A DNA stretch of 64,000 nucleotides from contig CAVNZM010000011.1 in assembly GCA_963693365.1 (NCBI GenBank), positions 4,286,639 through 4,350,638 of the forward strand. The letters run 5' to 3'. The DNA is from Amoebidium appalachense (taxonomy: Eukaryota > Protista > Ichthyosporea). The position numbers and the translations under genes are program-made. This document shows positions 32,898-52,628 of this stretch, one piece after another; position 1 is the first letter of the stretch; every line of letters starts with the position of its first letter. The notes under the pieces are model-generated. The model was given only the letters and a program-made list of their open reading frames with translations. It ran no database searches and was not told the origin of the DNA.

Positions 32898-33668
32898 AAC
32901 GGGTGGATCCGGGATTAGATCGGCGAGCTTATATTAATAGGCTGCCTTATCTATTATTCTGCGTCACTTTCTTTTGTAACAGGTGTGTCTTTCCTTTTGT
33001 TATATCATGTCAAAGAAATGACTGAACTGAAATTGCTTAGTTATGATGTATGAAGTAGGCTAGATCTGCAATTGGGTTGTCCGAATCCCTAGCCTCCCCT
33101 TTGCTAAACTCGCTCTAATTTGGACTATGACAGGAAGGATGTTCTTTACAAAGAAGTTGTTTCGTTAAGAGAAACTAGCTGTTAATAAGTGTCCTCTCAC
33201 TACGATGTATAATCTGGGTGTTACAGAGCAAGTGTTGTGTTCGCCATCACTACACTAAGTTTATGCTGTTTTCAAAAGCTCGCGACTTTGTTCGAGGCTC
33301 ACTCCGATGGACACCGGTTAAAAAAAGCCATAATATTACAGATATAAATACCGGTATTTTGTGTAAGTTGTTGGTTGGGGCTTTTAGCTGACCTGCAAAT
33401 TGGTGTCTATGTGCACGTGGACACATCTCCATCTGTCATGTGCTCAGTTTCGTGACATACAAATGTAAACGTCATACACACAAAAAATAAATAATTAATA
33501 TGATAGATTTTGTCATACTCTGTGCTGTCTTGTAAGTCTATACACGCAAAATATTATTTTATTTCGTATAGAAAGGTCATATGCTCCAAGTACTTGGGAC
33601 TTTTCGCTTAATGGACCCGATTTTTTCTTGAATATTCTATTTCACGGGAAATATAGATGCGCTTACAG

Positions 33669-34001
33669 CCAATGAAGAGAGGGATTCTGTTTGAACCAAT
33701 CATACCATGACCAACCAAAAGCTCAAAGACCAACGGTTCAACCGCTGTTCAACAGCAAAAGGACACTGTTTTGCAAACCAGAAAGCGCACTACTGTAACT
33801 TTTTTTTTTTAAATAACAGCTATTGGCAAAAATAAATTGATTTTATCAAAAAGGAACAGTATACAATAGTAAATACCTATAAATTTGAGAGCAAGAGCCA
33901 GCCCCCCTTTTTCAACTCTGCGTTGATTGGCTAATGATAACCCAAATGACGATTTTCGATTGGTCTAGATTTCACCGTCACCTTGGAAATGAGTTGATTG
34001 G
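33669..34001. promoter_or_regulatory. Dense CCAAT/ATTGG cluster upstream of the coiled-coil gene
   Basis: At least six CCAAT/ATTGG boxes (~33669, 33696, 33822, 33926, 33959, 33997) in microsatellite-free DNA. Confidence 0.45.
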
Positions 34002-34135
34002 CTAAAGAGATCTGTCCCGTCGACAGCCGGGTTTGGGTCTTGCCCATGTTTTTTTCGAAGTGTTTCCACGCATGGGTAGCCATGTCTTGCACATACTTCA
34101 ACGTTGAGATGCATGCCAAGCTCGCATGTGCACGC

Positions 34136-34190
34136 ATGACAACCAAGGCCTCCTAAATAGCACACCTATTTAGGAGGCCTTGATGACAAC
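34136..34190. mobile_element. 39 bp perfect palindromic insertion with an 8 bp TSD (hAT-like micro-element)
   Basis: ATGACAAC-[CAAGGCCTCCTAAATAG CACAC CTATTTAGGAGGCCTTG]-ATGACAAC. Confidence 0.8.
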
Positions 34191-34788
34191 CGTACAGCCA
34201 GCCTACAGACCGCAGGGCGTTTCTGTAATGATCGGACATCATTAGTAATATCGTATGTAATAATAACTATACTATATGCAAATCAAGCTCAGCACAGTAC
34301 AAGGCAGACTTTCGGCTGATGAAGCTTTTCATAGTTACATACTAGTTCATTCATGCATTTTCCGATTTGGCACACTCTCGGTAGAATCACCCTAAACTGT
34401 AATGTATATGCGCCATATAGGCTCAAAACAAAACAAACAAAACAAAATGTTCCAAGTCCTTTTTTTTTGAAATTTAATATTTTTAATGCATTATGTCTTT
34501 GCCGTCGACGCAACTAGCGCTAGCCCGCAACGTTCTATAGTAGACTTGTAGAGTTATAGCAGTTATAGTACGTGCATTTCTCTTCGGAAAGCATAATACT
34601 AGGAAGGGGTTTACACACTTTTTATTGCGTGGACATTGCCGGAGGCCCAGCCACATTCGACGGCCTACTGCGTTTTCCAGCACAGCCAATCAAATGCAGC
34701 CAGTGACATATGTACACGCCATCGTAGTATCTGACACCCCTATTACATATTATGGGTAAGCAGATGCTAGCATCGGTAGCTCCGACAG

Positions 34789-34891
34789 ACTAGGACCCTA
34801 ACATGGATATCCTTGGAAAGCATAATACTAGGAACCCAACATGGATATCCTTGGAAAGCATAATACTAGGAACCCAACATGGATATCCTTG
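34789..34891. repeat. 38 bp tandem repeat, ~2.7 copies
   Basis: Unit TAGGAACCCAACATGGATATCCTTGGAAAGCATAATAC, with a partial extra copy at ~34586-34605. Confidence 0.9.
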
Positions 34892-35589
34892 ATGTAAACT
34901 GGGCAGAAGACTAGCTTGACCGTGGCATACAGGTGAGGTTTTGTGGGGATAGCTGGGGCATACAGGTGTATGCATGTCACCGATGTACCCATTCTTCACA
35001 GTGTCACTCTAAGTAACAAGTTTTTTCTTCCTCCTGCAGAATACACACTATTGTGACGTGAAACTGTTGACTAAGAACACGCGCGGGTTTGTAAAGGCTT
35101 CATAAAATTGTAGTAACTGTTTAGTATCATGCCGATGGCACCGGTACTTATTATCGTACAGAGAAGATCTACGGAGAATTAGCTCGTCATAAATACGTTG
35201 TCAAACGTTTTATCTAATTTCTAGATACGTTGGGCCGGCTCTTGGAAAAGGTAATCATCACTCTTCCCCGAGCCCTCGGACCCCCCCCCCCACCCCACCC
35301 CCATCGCCCCCCGTTTCTCAGAGTCTTCAGGAACAGCCTGAACTTCAAGGGGTCAGGGGGCCTGCCAGTCGGTTTTCGTTGACTTCATAAAACATGCTTG
35401 TGGACAAGAAATAAAATTAAAAACCGTAACGAATCAGATATTCACAATTATAGCCTAGGCACTGATATCAACATGTAGACGAAATTTCACAAAAACCAAA
35501 ATTAGCAAAACAACGTAGTAGGCGTAATTACTATGCCAGTCTTCCAGTGCAAAACTTGCCCAGACGACGAGTGCAAAACATTTCTGTGA

Positions 35590-38500
35590 CACCCCCCGAG
35601 GGCATGGGTACCATGGGACGGAGTGTTCTGAATCATATGTAACTATATGGGATTGAGTTTATAAACTTGGTATTCCGTAGTACGCGTATGCCCACAGCGC
35701 ACACCCCCAGGCCGGCACATCCCCTTTGCCAATGACCCCCCCCCCCCCCCTCCCCCCTCTCCAGCCCCCCCACCCCCCCCCCCCCCCCCCCTCCCCCCAC
35801 CCACCCACCCACCCAAACACGTACCCTCCCGGCCTATCCTCCAGTACTAGTGTACCTCTCAAATACCCGACCCTCCAACACACACACAGGTGAAAGCCCA
35901 CTTGCAGACAGGCAAAAGGCGAACATTGGTTAAAGCATGTTATTTCTGCTGGGTACTGGTGAGTTTGTGCAAGTGTTCAACCGTGGCGTACAATCTGACT
36001 GGAGAGTTCTGTATTCTGACCACTCTCCTATCCTTTTCCTACCTAAGATCTCCCTTGATCTGCTCCCCCCTCCCCCTCCCACCTTTCGCCTCCGTCTATC
36101 CCAGCTTAAGTCACAGTGGGGTAGAGTTGATGTATGTGTATGCTATGCTACGAAACACCCTATATATATGCGCCTATTAGAATCTGCACAAGCCAGGCCA
36201 GATTCACATCTCGTACTAGATACATGCACTAACTTTATTGTTGATGATTTGATAGATCTCGGTGATTATGCTGGCGGTGGTAGGAAGGAATACCCCGATG
36301 CTCTCTTGTTACCAAACACCACTCCCGCTAGACTAGGTGAACCCCTGTCTCAAAAGGAAAGCTTGCGCCGGCTTGCTAGTATGAATCGATTTGGCCCCCC
36401 TGCTCGTATTATTGGTGATACCACTGGAGACCCCCTCATAGACTCTGATAAGTATTTCTCGGAACTGTTTAAAGATAGGACCCCCGCTCAGAAACCTATT
36501 GTGTGGCCTGTAGACCCATCTATCCCCATAGAATCGATCCTCCCCTTTTTCAGTCCCGATGCCATATGGTCTGTGATATCTAGTTATAGCTCTAGTAAGT
36601 CTTGTGGACCTGATGGACTCCCTGCTGGGTTTCTTAAAATCCTTGTTCCCTCCTACCCACAAAAGGAAAGTGATCGTGCTATTAAACCTGATCTTACTAT
36701 CATGTTAAGCTCTCTCTTTTCTTGGTGTGTTAAATGTGGACATGTCCCGTCATCTTGGTTAGATACCTTAGTGATCCCCATAGTTAAGAAGGACTCTGAG
36801 GGCCCCATATCATCCTTTCGCCCCATTACACTAACCCAGGTTGTTCGTAGATTCTTTGAAGCTTGCTTACTTAGGTTATTTGCACATCACCCTAGGTTTC
36901 AATCTATTCTTCACATACACCCATGCCAATCCGCTTTTCGTAAAAACAATTCATGTTATGTTCAAATAATGGCACTGCACGATTCTATGCAAGTTGGTGC
37001 ACAATATGTTGGCTTTATTGATTGGAAAACTGCTTACGATTCTGTCTCCCCTGGTCTCCTATGGGAAAAGCTTGCTGCACGGGGTGTACCACACTGCATT
37101 GGTGTTCTGTTAGAAGCACTCTTGTCTCAAACCTATGGTAGAGCTGTGGTTAATGGGCATCTTTCATATGGTTTTGCTCGTACTAGAGGTCTCTTGCAGG
37201 GTTCATTGCTTAGCCCCTTTTTGTTTAACCTATTTATAGATGATTTGGCTGTCAAGATTTACGCCGAAAACGATGACCCTATTAATAACTTTCCGCCTGC
37301 ACTTCTCTATGCTGATGATCTGTCCCTCCTTGCCCGTACCCCTAGACGCCTGCAAAGATTGTTCGATGTAGTGTCAGAGTGGTGCAAGGCAAACCTTATG
37401 ATCCTTAACATAGACAAATGTGGTGTTCTTGTACCTGATATAGCTAACAATTTACACACATTTACATTATCATCTAAACCTGTACCTATAGTTCCAGAAT
37501 ACAAATATCTTGGTGTTCCGGTTGATTCTGTTGGTGTTATGTTTCCCCATATGGTCGAAAAGAGGGTAGAGTTGGCTCGTAAGCGGTTAGCTTTCTTCTC
37601 GGCTAATATTTTTAAAGACACACCCCTCCATCCTTCTATTAGACTTACATTTATTCGCACTTTTGTCTTCCCGGCATGTGAATATGGTTTACCCCTTCTC
37701 GCCGCTTGGATCAAGAAAGAGAGAACTAGAGCGCTTAAACCCTTGGCAAATTTCCTTGAAGCAGAAGTTGCCTCCTTTCTATCTAACAACTGTTGTAAAC
37801 CTGGGCCTGTAACGCTCTCGATATATGGTCTGGTCCCAATAGCTGCTAGAGTATCCTATCTCGCGCTGAAATTCAATAAGCACATAAGCCGCTTAAAGAA
37901 GTATTTGCCCTCCCACCCTCTCTTCTCTATCCGACCTGTCCCCTCCTCACCTCTCCCCTCTTTCCTCCCCTCTCTCTCCCCTTCTCCCCTGGGCACAAAT
38001 ACAAATAAACCCCGCAATAGTGTGTGTGTGACTTTGGACTGCCACTTACTTATTAAACATGTACACAATCACAAGATAATCACGCAATATAACAAATGGA
38101 AAAAGATACCACACGACACTAGACCCGATGAAAGCATACACCTTGAAAAACTAAGCCTTATGTCTCGTTTTATATATACTGACCGCCTCAACCATATTGC
38201 CAAATATGGCACTCGCAAGTGTATAACACCTAAATACATATTACCTTCCTGTAGAACTGGTCTTTCTCTAGCTGATGGTATTATTGATCAATTACCACGC
38301 TTTTACTGTACACGTGCTATACAGTGGAGATCTAATAAGTATAAGGTGGCATCATTTGCATGCCCAAACAACACACACACACACCAGTTTAACCGGTCAT
38401 GTATCGCCAAATGTAGTTTGATAGACCACATAATACCGCAACACACACACGTCACATTCACAACAGACACCCAGAAAGATAGCCTACCTGTAAATTACAA

Positions 38501-38611
38501 CATCCTTGATTTTATACTAAACACGCGTAACTACGACCTGTTTATTAGATGTATTGATTGGCTTGAGAAACACATCACTACAAAATTATAGCGCACGCGC
38601 ACACACACACA

Positions 38612-38670
<59 letters not shown>

Positions 38671-38790
38671 CCAGCTGATACCGAGTGTCCCGAGGGGAGC
38701 CCCTTTAAAAAAAAAAAAATAAAAAATAAAAAAAAAATAAAAAAAATAAAAACTAAAAAAAAAAAAATAAAAAAAAACAAAACGGGGAAC
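35590..38790 (+). mobile_element. LINE element, approximate extent
   Basis: An upstream degenerate APE-like segment (GRSVLNHM*LYGIEFINL...MPT) at ~35600-35700 and a 3' A-rich tail at 38707-38782. No TSD identified. Confidence 0.6.
35937..38591 (+). CDS. Non-LTR retrotransposon ORF2 (APE C-terminal remnant + reverse transcriptase + Cys/His C-terminus), 884 aa
   Basis: APE terminal SDH motif and RT motifs KSCGPDG, FRPITL, QSAFR, IDWKTAYDSV, GLLQGSLLSP, YADD and YKYLG. C-terminal CPxxxxxHQFNRSCIAKC. Followed by (CA)n and an A-rich tail. Confidence 0.95.
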   Translation: MLFLLGTGEFVQVFNRGVQSDWRVLYSDHSPILFLPKISLDLLPPPPPTFRLRLSQLKSQWGRVDVCVCYATKHPIYMRLLESAQARPDSHLVLDTCTNFIVDDLIDLGDYAGGGRKEYPDALLLPNTTPARLGEPLSQKESLRRLASMNRFGPPARIIGDTTGDPLIDSDKYFSELFKDRTPAQKPIVWPVDPSIPIESILPFFSPDAIWSVISSYSSSKSCGPDGLPAGFLKILVPSYPQKESDRAIKPDLTIMLSSLFSWCVKCGHVPSSWLDTLVIPIVKKDSEGPISSFRPITLTQVVRRFFEACLLRLFAHHPRFQSILHIHPCQSAFRKNNSCYVQIMALHDSMQVGAQYVGFIDWKTAYDSVSPGLLWEKLAARGVPHCIGVLLEALLSQTYGRAVVNGHLSYGFARTRGLLQGSLLSPFLFNLFIDDLAVKIYAENDDPINNFPPALLYADDLSLLARTPRRLQRLFDVVSEWCKANLMILNIDKCGVLVPDIANNLHTFTLSSKPVPIVPEYKYLGVPVDSVGVMFPHMVEKRVELARKRLAFFSANIFKDTPLHPSIRLTFIRTFVFPACEYGLPLLAAWIKKERTRALKPLANFLEAEVASFLSNNCCKPGPVTLSIYGLVPIAARVSYLALKFNKHISRLKKYLPSHPLFSIRPVPSSPLPSFLPSLSPSPLGTNTNKPRNSVCVTLDCHLLIKHVHNHKIITQYNKWKKIPHDTRPDESIHLEKLSLMSRFIYTDRLNHIAKYGTRKCITPKYILPSCRTGLSLADGIIDQLPRFYCTRAIQWRSNKYKVASFACPNNTHTHQFNRSCIAKCSLIDHIIPQHTHVTFTTDTQKDSLPVNYNILDFILNTRNYDLFIRCIDWLEKHITTKL

Positions 38791-39360
38791 CCCAACTAAT
38801 TGATTTCTCCTTGTAGTCTTTATGGTGTCTCGTAGAGAAAGTAAACCCTGATATATAGTCACCACCCGACATCTATGTACGTGATCATGATATACCGCTG
38901 AGGGGATATTCCGAGCAAACCCCCCCCCCCCATACCTGAGACTGGTTCTCTTTGCCTCGAGTAAACAGCGTAAACCCCCCTTCTGTATGTCATACATTGA
39001 GTACATGTTTATTGCTATCGTTCTACCATTTGTCAGTCCGCCCATTCGGCCAAAAAATATGGGGGAAAAAAACATAAACCTAAAGGAACAAACATGTCCG
39101 AACACAAAGGTCAGTGGTTAACTGACCCATCAGTCAGCAACAGATCAGACTGTGTGGTTCCTGGGCTGTCCACGCCCTCCACCCTCACATCCCCCAAACC
39201 ATTTACCGCACTCTGCCCCTCCTCTCCCTGAGCCAAAACCGTCGTGCTGAGGTTGGTTGCTCATGTCCCACCCCTCTGCTCGTGTCTCCTCGTGAGGCCA
39301 TCTCGGTCGCCAACATATTCTTTTTCCCTACTGTTGTCGTCCGCCCGAGTGTTTTGGAAT

Positions 39361-39713
39361 TCACAAAGGAATTTGTGGAATTTGCACCGCTTCGCGTGCC
39401 GAAAACTTCTTTCCGTAGCCGAAGACAACAAGAATTTTCGGGACAAAAAATGTTGTGACGACGTTGAACAATGTCACCCACATTGCTACGGCCATCAAAA
39501 GAAGTTGAGTGTCGAAGCTCGAATCCGTTGCCACAGCCATTGGAGCAACAATGGCGAGAAGGAGGGGCATCTGATAGACAACCTGTTTTTTCATTGGTTA
39601 GTTCCGGCTATGTAAATTGGTTTGGAGAATAGAGAAGCGGTAGAGCTCCCGAGGGGGCAGGGGGGGGGGGGAGGGGAGAGGGGAGGGGGATTGGGGGGGA
39701 GGGGAGGGTGCGA

Positions 39714-39748
<35 letters not shown>

Positions 39749-40791
39749 CACGAACTACGATCGTACGAATATAAAACGGATAAAACCTTCACCTGATGAC
39801 ACCTGATATGGGCAGAGCCTAGTTGTTCAAGGTTAGTAAGTGAGTGTCTTTATGTATGTTCTTTTCAGTTAAAATTTTGGTGGTGGTGGTGGTGGTGGCG
39901 GTGGAGAGGGGGGGGGGAGGTTGGGGGGGGGGGGGGGGGGGGGGGGGTGTTGCCGACACTATTGCAGAGAGAGTGTCTTCAGGAAGGATGCTGGGGTCGG
40001 GTAGTATTGCGGGTGCAGGTGTGTAACCAGAGACGAAAGGCATATCGCTAACTTGAAGGGCACTTGATTTTGGGGTAAAAGAAGGCTGGGGTTTTAGTGT
40101 TAAATATTTAGAGGGGGAAGGGGCGGCGGGGGGGATCCTTACGCCAACGATCAAGTTTCCCTCCTGGTATTGGCTGGGCACACCTCTGATCCACAGGGAC
40201 ACCACACAGCAGGCCAGCACCAGCAGCAGGCCCTAGGCAGCCAGCAGCGCCAAAGTACTGATTGCACGGATAGAAACTACCTCCTGCGCCGCTGTAACCT
40301 GATTGGATAAAGAGTGAGCCATGTTTGAATAAATGGTGAGCCATGTTTGTGGTGTTAGAAAGAATGTTTGAAAATTTTGGTCTTTGTGGTTCGGCGGTGG
40401 TAATCCGTCGATACAATGCCATGTACAATAGGGTATGAGGTTTAAGAATGGGTGATGATGCACACAATGGCATCATGATAGGTCCAATCCATCCGAGATT
40501 GTCTTTGATCAGAAAACTACATTACCATGTATAGCCATTCTTCTTCCAGCAAAACCTGCTACCCTTGCATCGAGATGCCGAAACAAAAACAATGTGATAA
40601 TCCCTCGACCTCCGACTTCCCCATTTGTCCTCCCTCCCTCTCTTCCAACCCCCCCCCCCCCCCCTCCTCCCTTTGAAGCTTCCCCCTTTCTCCCCCCCCC
40701 CCCCCCCCCCCCCGGCCCCTCCCTCCCTTCAATCCTCTTCCAGCAATCATAAAACCAACCAGCCTGGCATCCCGCTTTCCTTTCCTTCTCC

Positions 40792-40822
<31 letters not shown>

Positions 40823-42097
40823 CCCTTACGCACACGCACACACCTTGCCCCAACCTATCTCCCCCACTTATTTCCGGGACCCACCAAAACACGTTTTGAG
40901 ACAAACGAAACACCCACCCACTTTTGCCCATCCAATCACCGCACGCGCATGTTTACACAAAGAAAAGCTTTGACCCATGCACACTCGTGCACACACAAAC
41001 ACACATGCACACGCCCACGCGAGCACACACACACACACAATACACACACCGTGACACACATCCACACTCACACATGCACACACACGTAACCCTCTTGAGA
41101 GAAACCCTGCCGCGGTTGGCAAAATCGACACAAATCACGTGTTCACAACGTAACGTACACACACACACACGTAACACACACACAAGTGCACACCCCTCCG
41201 GTTCCCCCCTCCCCTCCCTCTTACCCCCCCTCCCCCCACCCACACACACGCATACGTCCATTTACCCATACACGCATCTTAAAGACACTCTCGGGAACCT
41301 GCACCGTTTCGACCTTTGTGCCCTCACCCACTGCCCCGGTGCCGGCCACTGCAGCCACCAGAGCCAACTGGGCCACCATCAGACCCGTTAAAGGAACAAA
41401 CAGGTGCCGGTCATGCAGCCGCTGCCCATCGCCCATCTTGCGCGCCTTGCGGGTGCTAAAAATAGCCCAGATCCTGCCATATACGGAAATGTGCAAAAGG
41501 TTAGTGATTCGCTTAATAGCGTTAATGCCAAACGGGCTGGGCAGAGAGAGTATGATGCAACCCTGCAAGTTTAAAAAGAAGGGAAATGGGTTGAATGTGT
41601 AGCCTAAACGATGAGGTGTTCTTTTCTTTTTGGTAGGGGGGAGGGGGGGGGGGGGGGGTTTGAATGCGGAACACGGTACGAAGTACGCATACACGAAGGA
41701 CACATGCAAAGGCAAACATTCAAGTATACAACATCAGCCATGCGCACAGTATGCGTCATAAGCAGAACCCATCCTCAGGGAGAGCCCAAGTCATCAATTG
41801 CGTCTGAGTTTCGACCCCTTAGCCCGCGTATATACGACTCTCCAACTCAGACAGCAGCATCAACTGAACTTGGGAGGGTCAACCCGTCTTGATCAAAGAC
41901 GAGCAGGGTTGCTTATGCAAGCAAGGTGAGCAAAACGGTGATTATGTGTGTGGAAACTAGTGCAGTGCAGCGGAAAATGTGTATGTGCTTACAGATGCGC
42001 GACACAGAGCAACCATGCCCGGTTGCATGGAAGTAAAGGGGGGGAGGGGGGGGGGGGGGAGCGGGGAGGGGGAGGGGACAAGGGGGTGCGGGGGGGT

Positions 42098-42147
<50 letters not shown>

Positions 42148-42661
42148 GGAGGGATGTATACCTGTACAACTTGACGAGCAGGGACGAAAAAACAAGCGCA
42201 ATGCCATTGGCCAACATGCACACGGCAGCAGTCAGGCGGTGGTGGTTGGGGGGGCCTGGGTATAGGGAGATACTTGCAAACCCCACGGCACAGCCCAGCA
42301 CAATCAGCACACAGAAAGTCACACTGGCACTCTGGAACACCTGTAAAGATCGGACCCCCCCCCCCCCCCCCCCCCCCCAAGAATACACGAGTGGCTGAAA
42401 TTTGAGATACATAACGGTAAAAGGGTTGTGGGAATCCATTTTGCATACCTCCAACATTTTATGGGTTATCTAAGATCTTGACCCCACTCCTCTTTCCCCC
42501 CTCCCCTCCCCCTTCTACCCCCGTGCCTTTCATCTCTCAACCCCCCCCTCCCTCCCCCATCCCCTCCTCTCCCCCCTCCCCTTCACCCCAGTGCCTTTAA
42601 TCTCTCAACCCCCCCCCCCCCCTGCCGTGCCTTCCATCTATCCCCCCCCCCCCCTCCCCCC

Positions 42662-42704
<43 letters not shown>

Positions 42705-43982
42705 CCCCTTGGGAGGGGCCACTGGCCATACAGCTCGGGCTCGAAAGGTGCCATCATGCCCCCTACCTGGGGCTGTTCCTATCACCATCGGTTAATCTAC
42801 ATCGGATAGTATGTCTATTTCACACGCGTGCCCCGCCCCCTCCCCCCTCCCCCTCCCCCCCTCCCCCCCCCCCCCCCCCCCCCCCCCCCGCGCCTCTCTT
42901 TCCCCCCCCTCCGCCCCCACCCTCCCCCCCTCCCCCCGGATGGCCCCAGCTTCATGATTCATTCCGAAATAGAGATTATAACACCAAAGGGAAGTCAATG
43001 TGCCTACTAACCTTTTCACGCCTGAAGACGGCCGAAAACAATCCAACGCCGATCGAGTATGCAACACCCACACCGCTCAGTGCGTACAGTACCGTGGCGG
43101 ACTTTCTTTTATACACTTTTCTCAACATCCACGACGCCAAGATTTTCTCAAAACCTCGAAAGTCCCTTCAGAAACAGATATAAAAGTATACGAAATAATG
43201 ATATTTTCCACAAACCATCCTAATAACGTATGTAGGTAAGACATATACCTGTCGGCATATGCAATTTATTTGAGCTTTTTCTATCGATTTTGAGCTGCAA
43301 TAGAGTTAACGTTGTTTACATAGGCCTTGGACGGGACCCGTCCAAATCAATCAGTCTGGGCCTCAAGAGGTTAAGGCTCACCTTCGCTGAGCTCGCGAGA
43401 GCTCGGGTCGGTTTCAGATACGGAAGTCACAAATATCAGCAATAGGTATAGACAGTAGGGTGTGAAGTCACGCTTAAGAGTGCACTTTCTTCCTTGCTTG
43501 ATGGCACCGGGGTATGTACGGCCCACAACTTCATAGGCCTATTCAACCTCAGATCCTTAGATATGTTGCTTTTGGTCTATTTCGTAACTTTGCCAATTTT
43601 GGTTATAATATATCCAATCAAAACATTCCGTCAACTATCTTGATGCGCCTGTGACCAATCGAGGAGCGGTAAAAAAAAATTTGCGCGAAATTCCAAACAT
43701 AGTACACAAATCAATGAAGCTTCCACGCCATCATGATATGATCCCGACGAAAAACCCACACTGCTGCATTAGACGATGAGAGAATATGTAGTCATCAAGA
43801 TGCGCGTACGGAGGGAACTCGGGGTCCTGAGACCTAAAGGGATCCGCATACTTGTCCCGGTGGTGGGGAGACTGTGGGATCGATGGGCATGCATTTTTAA
43901 CAAAGCACTGAGGATATATGATTGCGGGCCTCGGCGACTTAAAAGGAAGGAGGGCTGGCCCGGCGGGGAGTGGTGGTGGTGG

Positions 43983-44032
<50 letters not shown>

Positions 44033-44268
44033 GGGTTGTGTTGTTAAGCATGACTGAGTGCTGTACGCATTCACGATGGACAACACATGTTGCAACCCTG
44101 CAGAGCACACGCATAGGTTTGCATGCGTACATACTCTGAAAGCAAGTAATCATGTCACGTACATGATCATAGCCACTGCTGCTGGTGGTGTACGTACATG
44201 TCGAGGGGAGGGAAGAGGAAGGGAAGAGGGGGAAGGGGGAAGGGGGGGGGGGGGGGGGGGGGGGGGGG

Positions 44269-44304
<36 letters not shown>

Positions 44305-44456
44305 GAAACCCAACTCATACATACTGCTTCACTTGAACAGTTGTGGGACTTTTTGTACGAATAGCCGTCACCAGCAAGAGCAGTGGAAGAGCCGGGGCCC
44401 AAGACCGTAGCAACAAGCAAAAAAAGTATAGACAGCCGGAACTCACGGGGTTCAAG
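39361..44456 (-). pseudogene. Class C (GABA-B-like) GPCR 7TM domain, probably a pseudogene; exons ~44456-44326, 42340-42162, 41473-41274, 40298-40143, 39582-39361
   Basis: Spliced segments VFQSASVTFCVLIVLG...LVFSSLLVKLY|RIWAIF...LHDRHL...|...AA*GLLLVLAC...WIRGVPSQYQEG|VVYQ...FFVPKILVV match family-3 7TM signatures. There is an in-frame TAG at 40233-40235 plus a frameshift. Confidence 0.75.
41659..42038 (+). repeat. G-tract-flanked repeat family, full copy in a GPCR intron
   Basis: Matches 7873-8267 with a small internal deletion; G-runs on both sides. Confidence 0.9.
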
Positions 44457-44645
44457 AGGGGGGGGGGGGAGGGGGGAGCTGGGGGAGCTGGGGAGGGGAA
44501 TGTTCAAGAGACGGGGCATCAGAAGCAAACATCATGCTCAATGCCACAGTACTAGTAATATTATGACGATTGCTGGCCCAGTGCTATACGTTCACGGTGT
44601 GCACCATCTGTAGTATGACATGTGACTCGTACAGTATAGTGCATG

Positions 44646-44686
<41 letters not shown>

Positions 44687-45106
44687 ATGCGTGTTTGTGT
44701 GTGTGTACATGCGTGTTTGTGTGTTTGACCGTGTAGCTGTCTGTGTATGGGTGACACTAAAACATTTGGTGGCATTGCAATATGCGCTGTACTTATCATG
44801 CCAATATTTCGACATCAACACCAGTTCTTGGCTGCAGCACAACGGGATTTGTGCCCTAGCTGCATATACTGCATTTTACTATTATTTTTCTTCTTCGGAG
44901 AAATACAGGTAGTTTTTTCGATGCGATTACTTGAATCGCACTATCAAACTACATCTGTCGGATAGCACATCATATTAGAAGTCGCACTGTGAGCAGACTG
45001 TACACATAAATGTTGGCTTGAACTCTTTTCATGCCAGTTCTTTCCTTCCCACTACTAGCGAATCACAGCATGTACAACAGTTTATGAGCTGACCATACAC
45101 ACTTGC

Positions 45107-52628
<7,522 letters not shown>

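Noticed and set aside
34789-34891. CRISPR-like appearance of the 38 bp repeats (and of 4281-4560)
   Set aside because: The units are contiguous or separated only by poly-C, with no unique spacers and no cas genes in a eukaryotic context.
40233-40235. Alternative genetic code (TAG read as sense)
   Set aside because: The same gene has a frameshift, and TAG ends other ORFs here (27954, 38591).
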